From: Octopus vulgaris
Lineage: Eukaryota
Direction of reading: 5' to 3'
Assembly (NCBI GenBank): GCA_951406725.2
Contig: OX597823.1
Location: forward strand, 4,898,001 to 4,962,000
DNA length: 64,000 bases
The notes under the pieces are model-generated. The model had not been told where the DNA came from and searched no databases. It saw only the letters and a list, made by a program, of their open reading frames with translations. The position numbers and the translations under genes were made by a program. Positions 38,569-51,339 of the stretch are shown here, one piece after another (the first letter of the stretch is position 1; each line of letters starts with the position of its first letter).

Positions 38569-39693
38569 TAGCAGAAGACATTTGCCCGAGGTGCAACATG
38601 GTGGGACTGAACTCAGGACCATGTGGTTGGGAAGCAAGCTTCTTACTACACTGCCATGCTTGTACTTGTGTGTGTGTGTGTCGCACGTGTGTATGCGCAC
38701 ATGTGTATATTGCTTGAATTTAACTATAGGAAGTTTTCCATCCGCTTAAAATTTTCTTAAGGCCTAGGTATGAGACACATATCGTATATAAACACTTTTA
38801 AACAATTCTTGCTTCACTTTTTAATGCTTTAGCTATTTTCTTTGAGCTTTTGCAGTAAGGCCCCGACATCTTGAGTTATAAATTCTCAGTTTTTCATTGT
38901 TCTGTATTTGTAATCAGGCATTGAATTTCTAGTTGGATGTCAACTCCTTTGATGTTGTCCTGCTCAATTTGTGGAAAGAACTGAGCTGTCCATGGTCAGA
39001 CCATAAATCCATGTCTCCAAAATCATTTTTTAAGAGTTGTTTTACCAGTCCCTACCAGTTTTCTTGGGAACAAAAGTAGTTTCAAGCCAGCAAAAATCTA
39101 AATAATTCTTTCAGTATCTGCTTTGTTATCAGTTGGTAACACATCAAGATATGTTTAGAGACAGTTATGTGCAAAGTTTGTCCAACAGCTAAGTCTAGCA
39201 AGATCCCTTCCAAATTTAAATTTTAATTGGTTGAATGATTTTCTTTTTTCTTTTTCTTTTCCATTTTATGCCATCAAAATTTATCCCACAGTTGCCTCCA
39301 CAGAATCCAACTTTTTCTGTCAACCTGTATTAGTTAATTGAGACCAAGGGAAAAAGCATCCATGCTGGTGCCATGTAAAATGTACCCAGTACATTCAGCG
39401 AAGTGGTTGGCATTTGGAAGGGCATCCAACTATAGAAACCATATCAAAACAGATGACTGTAGCCAGGTGCAGCTCTCCAGCTTGCTAGTTCCTGTCAAAC
39501 CGTCCAGCTCATGCAGGTGTGGAAAACAGACGTTAAATGATGATGATGATGACAATAATGATGATGTACATGTGTATATAAATGGATAGATGGATAGACA
39601 TGAGATAAATGGATAGACACACACACACACACACTTATGTATACATATACATAAGTGTGTGTGTGTGTCTATCCATTTATCTCGCTTTCTCTT

Positions 39694-39737
<44 letters not shown>

Positions 39738-40020
39738 AATTGAGATAGGGGTTGTGAGTGCAACCCACCATGGGATAACATATATCCAATATACTGCCAG
39801 TAAAGCACCCAACAAAGTTATGTGAATGGGTATTATCTGGTAGTTGATTATTGATTAAGGTGTGTTTCTCCATTTTCTTATTTTATATATATATACTCTT
39901 TTACTTGTTTCAGTCATTTGACAGCGGCCATGCTGGAGCGCTGCCTTTAGTCGAGCAAATCGACCCCGGGACTTATTCTTTGTAAGCCCAGTACTTATTC
40001 TATCGGTCTTATTCTATATA

Positions 40021-40051
<31 letters not shown>

Positions 40052-40134
40052 CATCTACTTTCTATACTTCCTTTTGTTGGAACTATGTATATATGTATGT
40101 CTGTGTGTGTGTGTGCGCGTGCCTGTTCATGCAT

Positions 40135-40219
<85 letters not shown>

Positions 40220-40224
<5 letters not shown>

Positions 40225-40597
40225 CTATATAAACGGCAGTTTGTCTGTGCGTTTTCTGTGTGTCTGTTTTCTCGTACCCTTACTCTGACCATGGCTTTCA
40301 ACCGATTCTGATGAAACTTGACACACACATAGCCCAATGTCATAATTCAAAACTAACGCAGCGAAAATTTTGAAAAGTTCCCCCAGTTTTGGAAAAATCG
40401 ATAAATTCGACATGGGGTCGAGAATCAGAAACCCAAACCACAGACCGTCTAGGGACGCAACTCCACCTTTTTTAACTCTCAAAAAAATTTACCATCATTT
40501 TTTTTCCATTTTTTTGCTATTTTTTGGCTATAACTCTCTAAAAATGCTTTATAGTTATTTCCCTTACAAACCTGAGCAACGCCGGGCGATACTGCTA

Positions 40598-40598
<1 letters not shown>
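40220..40598 (+). mobile_element. Non-autonomous Helitron
   Basis: A|TC 5' end, subterminal hairpin CCTGAGCAACGCCGGG, CTAG|T 3' end, in an (AT)n site. Confidence 0.8.
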
Positions 40599-40646
<48 letters not shown>

Positions 40647-41129
40647 TACATGTGTGTGCACGTGTATATTTATCTGTATGTACATGTAAGTATGTATGCA
40701 CACACACACACATATAGGTTCATTTCATTGGCCTGAAAATGAGAAATGTTGGGATAATGTACAGAGAAAGTAATATGAATTGGAGAAAGGGAGGGAGTCC
40801 TGGATTGACTACTATCAAATGTAAACAGACTGATGTTAATTACTGTGGGTGGCTTGGGTGTCAACTGGGGGTTGGGCTATGGTGTAGTATTGGTGATGGT
40901 GTAGTGGTGGTAACGGTGTAGGGGGATGTAGATGGGAGGGGGCGGCGGTTTGAGGTGGAGGAAGTGGCGTAAGGATTTGTTAAGTCAGCTATAAAACTTA
41001 AATTATAACAATAGATGAACTTAGTAAAAGAGATTTTCTATAACAAATGCACCCATACACACACACACACACACACAGACATATATGCTTTCAGGCACAC
41101 ATATGCCCATATATCTATATATATATGCT

Positions 41130-41473
41130 AGCGCCGCCCCGACTGGTTCCTGTGCCGGTGGCACATAAAAAGACCATCCGAACGTTGCCAGCGCCGCCTT
41201 GGCTGGCTTCCGTGCCACTGGCACGTTGAAAGTGCTCCAACCGATCGTGACCGATGCCGGACCCCCCCTGGCACCTGTGCAGGTGGCACGTAAAAAGCAC
41301 CCACTACACTCGCGGAGTGGTTGGCGTTAGGAAGGGCATCCAGCCGTAGAAACTCTGCCAGATGAGACTGGAGCCTGGAGCAGCCCCTGGCTTCCCAGAC
41401 CCCGGTCGAACTGTCCAACCCGTGCTAGCGCGGAAAACGGACGTTAAACGATGATGATGATGATGATGATGAT
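41130..41473 (+). mobile_element. RTE-type 3' end with 3 VNTR units
   Basis: Three GTGCC..TGGCAC.T.AAA units followed by the tail and (GAT)n. Confidence 0.85.
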
Positions 41474-41927
41474 ATATATCTAAACAAACTTTGGAAGCTT
41501 TGAATGTGTTTGGTATTTTCCAAACAAAAGGAATTAGCTATACTGTTTGATATTTACTTTCTTGCCTGTAAGAGATACACACACACACACATGTATACAC
41601 CCCCCACATACACACATGCATATATACATCTGTCTCTTTAATCCACTTCTCTCTCTCTCTCTCTTATATATACATTATTGACATCCACTTTCCATACTGG
41701 CATGGGTTGGACAATTTGACAGGATCTGGCATAGTTTCTATGGCTGGATACCCTTCCTAATGTTAATTACTTTACAGAGTGTTCTGGGTGTTTTTTTATG
41801 TCCTTGAAGGGTTTTAGTTGAACAAATTACTGTTTTTTTTTACAAGTCTGGTACCTAGTCTATCACTCTTTAGCTAAACTGCTGAGTTATGATGTCATAA
41901 ATAAACCAACCCTGGCTGGCATGGGAC

Positions 41928-41964
<37 letters not shown>

Positions 41965-43088
41965 CATTTTCCTTAAGGGCATTCTAATTCTTGAGATTAT
42001 CCCCCCCTTCTCATATGGAGATAGTTTTGGTTGCCATTTGGTGATTATGAAACATCCTCTAGTGGCAAAGATAATTTTAATAAATGAAAAATTTGTTACA
42101 TTTTATTTGATAAAACTCTTTTTCTCTCTCTTTCTATATCATCATCATCATCATCGTCGTCGTCACTTAGTGTCTGTCTTCCATGCATAGGTAGGTTGGT
42201 TGACTGGAGCCACCAGGTAGAAGTCTTCACCAGGCTACTGTGTCTGTTTTGGCATGGTTTTTATGGCTGGATGTCTTCTTCCCTAAGACCAACCACTCCA
42301 CAGAGTGGACTCAGTGCTTTCTACATGGCACTGGCAAGATTAGTTTTAGCATGATTTTTACAGCTGGATGCCCTTCCAAATGCCAACCACTTTACAATGT
42401 GGACTGGATGCTTTTTATGTGGCACCAACACAGGCAGGGTTACCAAGTAACTTGCAAGACAAGGAATTTTGAGAGAGGCAGAGGCATTTGAGGAGGTGAT
42501 CTTGTATCAAATGATGAAAGGTTAGAATGTGACAGAAAGGCAGAAAGGCAAAAACGGGTGTCTTGCTATAAAGGAAGTACATGGTTACCCGGCCAGTGAG
42601 AGGGAGAGAGATTGAGAGGAAGAGGGAGAAAGAGGGGGAAATCTTAGTCCTGATATGAGTACTTAAACAAACCAACACTGGTAGCCAAGCAGTCTATATA
42701 TATATATATATATATAGACATAATTCGTGACACAGTTCCATATACTATGCACTTTTGAAAATCTAATGTGAAATCAGTCAAGTGTTTTACGATATTTTAA
42801 AATAGGATTAAATTCTAATTAATACTAATATATTCTCTGTGCAATTTCAGTTTCATTTCTCATATCTTTTATCTTTTATTTGTTTCAGTCATTTGACTGC
42901 AGCCAAGCTGGGGCACCATCTTGAAGGTTTTTAGTTGAACATACATATGATATAGCATTTTTCCGATGGCCCGATAACTTAAGAGATGCCAGCGTGGGTT
43001 TCCGCCCCGACAGCCGAAACTCGGAGTTTTATCATGGCTATGGAATAATTGTCACATATTATAGTTAAATATCTATCTATCTATCTAC

Positions 43089-44100
43089 CTGTCTGGCCCC
43101 GTGTCGGTGGCACGTAAAAGCACCATCCGTTCGTGGCCGTTTGCCAGCTCTGTCTGGCCCCGTGTCGGTGGCACGTAAAAGCACCATCCGTTCGTGGCCG
43201 TTTGCCAGCTCTGTCTGGCCCCGTGTCGGTGGCACGTAAAAGCACCATCCGTCCGTGTCCGTTGCCAGCCTCGGCTGGCCCCCGTGCCGGTGACACGTAA
43301 AAGCACCGTCCGCTCGTGGCCGTTTGCCAGCTCTGTCTGGCAACCGTGTCGGTGGCACGTAAAAGCACCATCTGTTCGCGTCCGTTGCCAGCCTCGGCTG
43401 GCCCCCGTGCCGGTGACACGTAAAAGCACCATCCGTTCGTGGCCGTTTGCCAGCTCTGTCTGGCCCCGTGTCGGTGGCACGTAAAAGCACCACCCGTCCG
43501 TGTCCGTTGCCAGCCTCGGCTGGCCCCCGTGCCGGTGACACGTAAAAGCACCGTCCGCTCGTGGCCGTTTGCCAGCTCTGTCTGGCAACCGTGTCGGTGG
43601 CACGTAAAAGCACCATCTGTTCGCGTCCGTTGCCAGCCTCGGCTGGCCCCCGTGCCGGTGACACGTAAAAGCACCATCCGTTCGTGGCCGTTTGCCAGCT
43701 CTGTCTGGCCCCGTGTCGGTGGCATGTAAAAGCACCATCCGTCCGTGTCCGTTGCCAGCCTCGGCTGGCCCCCGTGCCGGTGACACGAAAGCACCGTCCG
43801 CTCGTGGCTGTTTGCCAGCTCTGTCTGGCAACCGTGTCGGTGGCACGTAAAAGCACCATCCGTTCGTGTCCGTTGCCAGCCTCGGCTGGCCCCCGTGCCG
43901 GTGACACGTAAAAGCACCGTCCGTTCGTGGCCGGTTGCCAGCTCTGTCTGGCCCCGTGTCGGTGGCACGTAAAAGCACCATCCGTTCGTGTCCGTTGCCA
44001 GCATCGCCTGGCCCTGTGCCGGTGACACGTAAAAGCACCATCCGTTCGTGGCCGTTCGCCAGCTCTGTCTGGCACCTGTGCAGGTGGCACGTAAAAACAC
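43089..44100 (+). repeat. ~61-bp minisatellite, about 17 units, with 245-bp higher-order repeat
   Basis: CACGTAAAAGCACC recurs every 61-62 bp; alternating A/B units; ORF starts 43194, 43439 and 43684 show the 245-bp period. Confidence 0.95.
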
Positions 44101-44265
44101 CCACTACACTCGCGGAGTGGTTGGCGTTAGGAAGGGCATCCAGCCGTAGAAACACTGCCAGATCTGACTGGGCCTGACGAAGGCTTCCAGCTTCACAGAC
44201 CCCAGTTGACTCCGTCCAACCCATGCTAGCATGGAAAACGGACGCTAAACGATGATGATGATGAT
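44101..44265 (+). mobile_element. RTE-type 3' tail attached to the minisatellite
   Basis: CCACTACACTCGCGGAGTGGTTGGCGTTAGGAAGGGCATCC...GGACGCTAAAC(GAT)n. Confidence 0.9.
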
Positions 44266-44298
44266 ATATATATATATACAGGTTTGAAATTTCCCCAA

Positions 44299-44344
44299 GA
44301 CACCTGATGAAGGCTAGAGGGTGTATCAGCTGAAGCATTGTGTT
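44299..44344 (+). ncRNA. Degenerate minimal type-I hammerhead ribozyme (Penelope/retrozyme-like stub)
   Basis: GACAC-CTGATGA-A-GGCT...AGCT-GAAG-CA-TT-GTGTT; stems I and II pair, but the GAAA core is mutated. Confidence 0.45.
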
Positions 44345-44398
44345 AATAACAAACAAGATGAGGACAAATATCTGTCAAATGTAAATAATGTATATATA

Positions 44399-45609
44399 CA
44401 GGGGTTGGACAAAATAATGGAAACACTTAACATCATAGCATCATAATTTTGGAATGTCTATAAATCTGCCAAAAGCTTGTTTATTTTTATGTTTTTTGCT
44501 TTATTATTAGTGTTAATGAATACGTTTTGCTAAAATTACTGTTTCTTTTTACATATCATCAGAGAAAGGTAATTAAAAATCATTAAAATGACAGATCTAT
44601 TTGACTTTCAAAGAGGTCAAATTGTTGGTGCTTATATGGCAGGTGCTAGCATAACAAAAACAGCTTAAATAGTTGGTGTATCAAGAAGTACTGTCTTGAA
44701 AGTAATGACAGCCTTTGAGAAAGAGGGAAAAACTTCCTCGTTGAAACAAAACTCTGAAAGAAAACCAAAACTTTCAGATAGGGACCGTCAGACTCTTACG
44801 CGAATTGTTAGAAAGGATCACCACGAGAACCCAGTTTCCACAAAAACTGTTTGCCGGGAGCTGCACAAAGCTGGATTTCACAGGAGGGCTGCAATCAGAA
44901 AACCACTATTTTCAAAAACAAATGTTGCAAAGTGTTTAGAGTGGAGTAAAACCCTACAAAATTGGTCCCTAGAGCAGTGGAGAAATGTTATTTTCTTGGA
45001 TAAGTAATCCTTTACCTAATTTCCGACCACCGGCCGAGTATGTGTGTGGAGACAGCCAAAAGAAGCATTTGACTCAGACTGCCCTCTTCCAACTGTTAAA
45101 CATGGAGGAGGATCTGTGATGATTGGGGGGGGGGGGGGTATATCTTGGAAATCTGCTGGCCCAATGGTTTCCCTTCATGGCAGAATTAATAGTCAAGCCT
45201 ATTTAAGCATTTTATCTGATCAAATTCATTCTATGGTTGTGGAACTGTTTTCGGAGGGAAACAATCTTTCAGGATAATAATGCACTAATTCACGCAGCTA
45301 AAGTTGTTACTGAATGGTGTGAAGAACATTCTAGTGAAGTTGAACATCTTATCTGCCACCACAGTCCCCAGATCTCAATATTATTGAACATTTATGGTTC
45401 ATTTTAAACAAGTAAGTAGTCACTACAATAACTGGAGACTGTTTTAGCTGAAGAATGAAGAAAAATTCCTTTGGAAACAATTCAAACTTTGTACGAGTCC
45501 ATACCTCGTAGAATTCAAGCTGTAATTATTGCCAAAGGTGGTCCTGCCCCATATTAAAATAAATTTGTTTGAAATTGTAAGGTGTTTCCATTATTTTGTC
45601 CAACCCTTG
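44399..45609 (+). mobile_element. Full-length decayed Tc1-like (DD34E) transposon; transposase pseudogene at about 44588-45557
   Basis: TIRs CAGGGGTTGGACAAAATAATGGAAACAC with TA TSD; DFQRGQIVGA, TVKHGGGSVM, FQDNNALIH, QSPDLNIIEHLW, AKGGPAPY*. Confidence 0.95.
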
Positions 45610-45617
45610 TATATATA

Positions 45618-46898
45618 TCAGGTCATTATGAATGAAATGGCTGATTTTCTTATGCACCAAGTTTGATAATCGTTAACGCTAATGTTTTATCTAGACAATT
45701 CTTTGTTCTGCAATGTTGAAAAGTTACATCATCAGTTTTTGAAATGCAATTCATGGAGCCTGATTATATTGTGAGTTTTCTCTTGTAAATCAATTTTTGT
45801 GAACCCATGGATTGATAAAAAGTTTGTGTTTATGAATATGAGTTCCATCGTGGAACCAATATATCCCAGACAGCTTGAAACATCAACGAGGTGTTTGGTG
45901 AAGATGTGGCAAATGAGTGCACTGTTCATTGATAGTTTGAGAAGTTCTGGTCTGGTGACTTTATTCTTGAAAATCATCCCCGTGGTAGACTTTTAGATCA
46001 AGGTGGGTAATAATGAGCTGGAAACTGTAGTGAAGTGGATACATCTTAAACTATGCATGAGTTAGCAGCAAGGTTCGATGTTTCAATTCCAACTGTATTG
46101 GACCATCTGAAACAAATCAGCAAGATAAAGAAGCTGGAAAAGTGGGTATCACGCAAACTGAATGAGCCTCAAATGACACATCATCTTGAAACTTGCTTTT
46201 CTTTGCTGTCGTGGCATAAAAGTGAACCATTTTTGCATTGTATTATTACATGTGATGAAAAATAGATTCTTTTCAACAATAGCAAGTATTCTGCATGGTG
46301 GTTGGATGAGAAAGTGCCAAAACACAATCCAAAAAAGAATATTCACCAAAAAAGCTAATGGTGTCCATTTGGTGGTCCAGCGCTTGTGTCATCCACTACA
46401 GTTTCATGGAACCTGGTAAGTCAGTTACAGTGGATGTTATACATCAAGCAGTTGAATGAAATGATGAGTGAAGTTGCAATCAAACAACTAAGACTGGTCA
46501 GTAGAGACAGGCCAGTTCTCTTGCAAGACAATGCTTGACCACATGTTGCACAAAGAACGCTACTCAAGTTACAGGAACTGAACTTGGAAGTACTCTGTCA
46601 TCCACCATATTCACCAGACCTTGCACCAACTGACTATCACGTTTTCCAGGCATTAGACAACTTTTTCCAAGGAGAAAAAACTTCAAATCTGACGAAGATG
46701 CAAAAACAGCCTTTCATGATTTCATCACCTCTTGCTCTCCAGAATTCTTCACTGGTGCCATAAATAAGCTACCAATAAAATGGCAAAATTGTGTTGATGA
46801 TTTAGGTGCATACTTTGATTAACTGCATTTCTTTTTATTGAGATAAAGTAAAATAAACTTTCAGTTCAAAATCGGACACTTCATTCTCAATGACCTGA
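45618..46898 (+). mobile_element. Full-length decayed mariner (DD34D)
   Basis: TIRs TCAGGTCATTATGAATGAAATGGCTGATTT / AAATCGGACACTTCATTCTCAATGACCTGA; KWVSRKL, TCDEK, LQDNA*PH, HPPYSPDLAPTDYHVF. Confidence 0.95.
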
Positions 46899-47340
46899 TG
46901 TATATCTTGTATGGAACTGGAGAGTTACATGGGAGTGATGATCATTAAGATAAACCTTCCTTGTTCATGAGGTTGATTTAGTGGTGACATACATCCTTCA
47001 TTACTGTAATGATATCAGTCATTAGTAGGTTAATATCTGCTGTAATTAGCATACTTGATTCTTCTCATGACAATGTGTCAGCTATGAAAATCCTGTTGTG
47101 TAAGTAAACTAACCTTTGTAATAAAATGCTGACTTGCCTGTTCAGAAACCAAATTTGTCATCTTTAATAACATCCAGGTTCTCTACTTTCAAAGATACAA
47201 ACACACCACTTCAATCTTCTTATAAGGTTTACCATTTTCTCCAATATATATACTTCATATAAGACTTTCTGGACAGAATATGCTTATATCCACAGGAAAT
47301 ATTGTATTGTGGTATCTGAAAGTTTGATCAAACATATGTA

Positions 47341-48050
47341 TTAGATCATACCATAAATAATGCAGTTTTTTTTACATTTCTTTTATTTTTCAAAATTAAG
47401 ATAAACAAAGTTCTTTTTTAATCTAAAATATACTCTCCTTCATTTTCTACACTGCTCTTCCATCTATCTGGTAGACTTGCAAGGCCCATCTTCCAAAAAT
47501 CACTTGTCTGTGACAAAAAGAAAAATACTCTTTCAGTACTGTTCTGACCTTGTCTACAGAATTCATATTTTTTCCATTCAAATGATTTTGAAGACTGTGG
47601 AATAAATGATAATCAGAGTGGGGAATGTCTGACGAATATGGTGGGTGAGGCATCACTTCCCATTCAAACTGCTCCAGCCTTTGGAATGTTATCCTTGCTG
47701 TATGTGGCAAAGCATTATTCTGATGGAATAACACCTTTTGTTTTGAAACCAAAGGTGGTCATTTTCTGATGGCACGTAGGTGTTGATGAATGGTTGAATG
47801 ACCAAATCCAAGCTTCTCTGCTAGTTCCTCAACAGTTACAATACGATTTTGTTCTGCCAGGATTTGCAGGATGTCCTCAAAATATTTTCATCGCTTTGAA
47901 ACCACGACCTGTTCACTGATAAAATTTTGTGCTGCATCTCAGTGAACAGATCATGGTTTCAAAGCGCTGAAAATATTTTGACACAAATTAAATTTAAATG
48001 TTGAAGTGAATCTAATGGGGTTTCTTTGTTTCTTTTTAAATGGCTTATAA
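47341..48050 (-). mobile_element. Internally deleted mariner fragment
   Basis: ORF 47447-47752 (HQNNALPH...HPPYSSDIPHSDYHLF); TIR-like end TA-TTAGATCATACCATAAATAATGC. Confidence 0.85.
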
Positions 48051-48199
48051 ACACCTTCCACATTGCAATTGTTTTTGTTTCAGCACATGATATCAGATCA
48101 AGTCACTTACTATGCAAGTACATCTCCGTAATATATATATATAAAATCTAAAGGATTCATACCTGCTGACTAATGGACTCCAGAAACGGTTGATGAATT

Positions 48200-48428
48200 G
48201 TGAGCTGGCAGAAACGTTAGCACGCCGGGCGAAATGCGTAACCGTATTTCGTCTGCCGCTACGATCTGAGTTCAAATTCCGCTGAGGTCGACTTTGCCTT
48301 TCATCCTTTTGGGGTCGATTAAATAAGTACCAGTTACGCACTGGGGTCGATATAATCGACTTAAACCGTTTGTCTGTGCATGTTTGTCCTCTCTGTGTTT
48401 AGCCCCTTGTGGGTAGTAAAGAAATAGG
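48200..48428 (+). mobile_element. SINE family B, young copy
   Basis: GAGCTGGCAGAAACGTTAGCACGCCGGGCG...GAGTTCAAATTCC...GGGTAGTAAAGAAATAGG; GGTTGATGAATTG / GGGTGATGAATTG flanks look like a TSD. Confidence 0.9.
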
Positions 48429-48549
48429 GTGATGAATTGCTTCATATTGACATTATAACCCTCTATAAAATATTTCTTTGGAACTCTTCTGAGCTTTTAA
48501 ATCCATAATTAAGATTTCTCACTACTGCCGATGTATCTTATAACTTTTA

Positions 48550-48818
48550 ATCCGTGGCCGTTGCCAGTGCCGCCTCGACTGGCCTCCGTGCCGGTGGCAC
48601 TTAAAAAGCACCAACTGATCGTGGCCGTTGCCAGCCTTGCCTGGCACGTAAAAAGCACCCACTACACTCACAGAGTGGTTGGCGTTAGGAAGGGCATCCA
48701 GCTGTAGAAACACTGCCAGATCAGACTGGGCCTGGTGCAGCCTCCTGGCTTACCAGACCCCGGTCGAACCGTCCAACCCATGCTAACATGGAAAGCGGAC
48801 GTTAAACGATGATGATGA
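48550..48818 (+). mobile_element. RTE-type 3' end with 2 VNTR units
   Basis: Two AAAAAGCACC units followed by the tail. Confidence 0.85.
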
Positions 48819-48938
48819 TAATTTCAGTGTCTTTTAACCTTAAATTTAATATTATTTTTAATTGATATACCAACCTTTAATTATTTACCCTTTTAATGTA
48901 CATTTTTACCTCCTATAACTCTTATTTCTTTCTAAATA

Positions 48939-49275
48939 GTGTGGTAAATAGCTTTCTTACCAACCACATGGTTCTGGGTTCAGTCCCACTGCATGGCACC
49001 TTGGGCAAGTGTCTTCTACTATAGCCTTGGGCCCACCAAAGCCTTGTGAGTAGATTTGTATATATATGTGTGTGTGTTTGTGGTTGTCCCCCCAACATCG
49101 CTTGACAACCAATGGTGGTGTGTTTATGTTCCCGTAACTTAACAGTTCGTCAAAAGAGACCAATAGAATAAGTACTAGGCTTACAAAGGATAAGTCCTGG
49201 GGTCAATTTGCTCGACTAAAGGTGGTTCTCCAGCATGGCTGCAGTCAAATGATTGAAACAAGTAAAAGAGTAAAG
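48939..49275 (+). mobile_element. SINE family A
   Basis: Head, core and tail motifs as at 12253. Confidence 0.85.
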
Positions 49276-49413
49276 AGAGAGAGATATGTTCCTTGTCTTC
49301 ATGTAATTTTATGTTATACCTATGTATGTATTTATGTATTTATTATGTTGATGTAAATCATAAATATAAAATGAGTATCTAAATTTTTGTCTCTTCTCAT
49401 ACCAAGTTATATA

Positions 49414-49445
<32 letters not shown>

Positions 49446-50044
49446 ACAAACACACACATACACATAAATCTTTTTTTTTTATGCTCTATCGATTTTGTCA
49501 CAATAATATTGATTTCTATCTAAGGCAACCACGCATTTTTGTTTAAATCAACCTTAGTAATTGAAGCTTGTATGATTCCCTTGACTTTAGAAAAAAGAAA
49601 AGTGTAATTGAATCCTAGTCTGATTTGAACTCAGAACATACAGAACAACTAAATACCCTAAACTATTTTGTACTGCTTTTTAAAAATTCTGTGTAGCAAC
49701 ATGGATAATGTCGTAAAATACAGTTCTTTGTATTTCCAATTATTTTCAAAAGATATGAAATATTAAAATGTCATATTAAGATATAATCTCTATAAACATT
49801 TTAGAAGAAATTATTAAAAATGAAAATGATTAAAAAATAGTTTCATCTCTAAGATTGAAAATACATAGACAGAACCTTCATTCCCTTCTAAAATGTGAAT
49901 AGTTGGGTTGTTCCTTTTCAGCAGGAAACTTGTTCAGCAGTCTTTTGAAGGAAGTATATGAAAAGTGAAAGTATTTGCTTGGCAATGTCTGTAAATTTTT
50001 TTGTTGAATTTTTTTCAGCTGAATTGTTTATGTATTCTTTTGTA

Positions 50045-50340
50045 TGTGACATGTAAAAAGCACAGATGCCAGCGCTGCCTGACTGGCGTGCATGTCAGTG
50101 ACACGTAAAAGCACCAACCGATCGTGCCCATTTGCCAGCCTGCTCTAGCCCTTGTGCTGGTGGCACGTAAAAAACACCCACTACACTCAAGGAGTGGTTG
50201 GTGCTAGGAAGGGCAGCCAGCTGTAGAGACACTGCTAGATCAGACTGAAGCCTGGTGCAGCCTCCATTGCTTACCAAACCCCGGTCGAACCATCCAACCC
50301 ATGCTAGCAAGGAAAATGGACATTAAATGATGATGATGAT
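50045..50340 (+). mobile_element. RTE-type 3' end with about 3 VNTR units
   Basis: GTAAAAAGCAC units followed by the tail and (GAT)n. Confidence 0.8.
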
Positions 50341-51291
50341 GTATGTATGTGTTTATGTGTAGGTATATTTGTGTATGTATGTATTAGCACATACATACAC
50401 AAATTCATAAATGTGATTCAGCTGAAAAAAAAAATTTAAGAAATAAAATTTTTTTAAAGAAATTGTCAAAGAAATACTTTCACTTGTCAAATACTTTCTC
50501 TGAAATTATATGACACCTGTTCTCCTCCCCCTCTCTCTCTCATACTCTATCCTTTTTTACTCCTTATTCCCCTAGCATAAAGTTTCCTCTACCCTCCCAA
50601 ATTTTATAGTCTTGAAAGTTGTACTGTGACTTCATTAAAGCTGATGGGTGAAAAGAAACATCTAATACATGCTGTAAAGTGGTTGGCGTTAGGAAGGACA
50701 TGCAGCTGTAGAAGCCGTGCCAAAGCAGACACAGGAACATGATGCAGTCCTTGATCCCATCAGATCATGTCAAACCATCCAGCCTATGCCAGCATGGAAC
50801 ATGGACATTAAATGATGATGATGATGACGATGCTTTGTGTATCAATTTCTGCTGAAGCAAGGAACAATCACATTTGTTCCAGATGCAAACCTAGTTTATT
50901 GCTTACATGCATCATAATAGCCATTTGGAGAAGTTTAAAGGACGCTCTTTTGAATCCTTTTTAGTGTTTTGTAAGTGGAAAAAATGGTGACAATATGAAG
51001 ATTAGCATGACTGGCTTAAAGAATTCCTGCTGATGTTTATAAAAGAACATTTACCATACTTAATGTTGCGGAAAAGACAGATTTTCTATGTGTGTTACTT
51101 CCAAATGAGACAATAGCTTTTAAAATGGTGACATATGCCAGTGTGCGTGTGTGTATGTGTCTGTGTGTGTTTGTGTCTGTGTCAGTGTGTGCATGTTTGT
51201 GTGTACATGCACATGCATGTTTGTGTGTGTGTGTGTGCATGTGTGTTTGTGTGTATGTGAGTGTGTGTATGTGTGTGTGTGTGTGTGTGAG

Positions 51292-51339
<48 letters not shown>

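Noticed and set aside
38740-39330. Coding-like minus-strand stretch (also 46900-47330 and 52900-53280)
   Set aside because: Too degenerate to assign; probably old TE debris.
43089-44100. CRISPR-like array (hairpin repeat, ~61-bp period)
   Set aside because: The would-be spacers are near-identical rather than unique, there are no cas genes, and the array is attached to a retroelement tail in animal DNA.
43077-44356. Long ORFs (337-423 aa) in all three minus frames
   Set aside because: By-product of a stop-free 61-bp tandem repeat cycling through the frames; not a gene.
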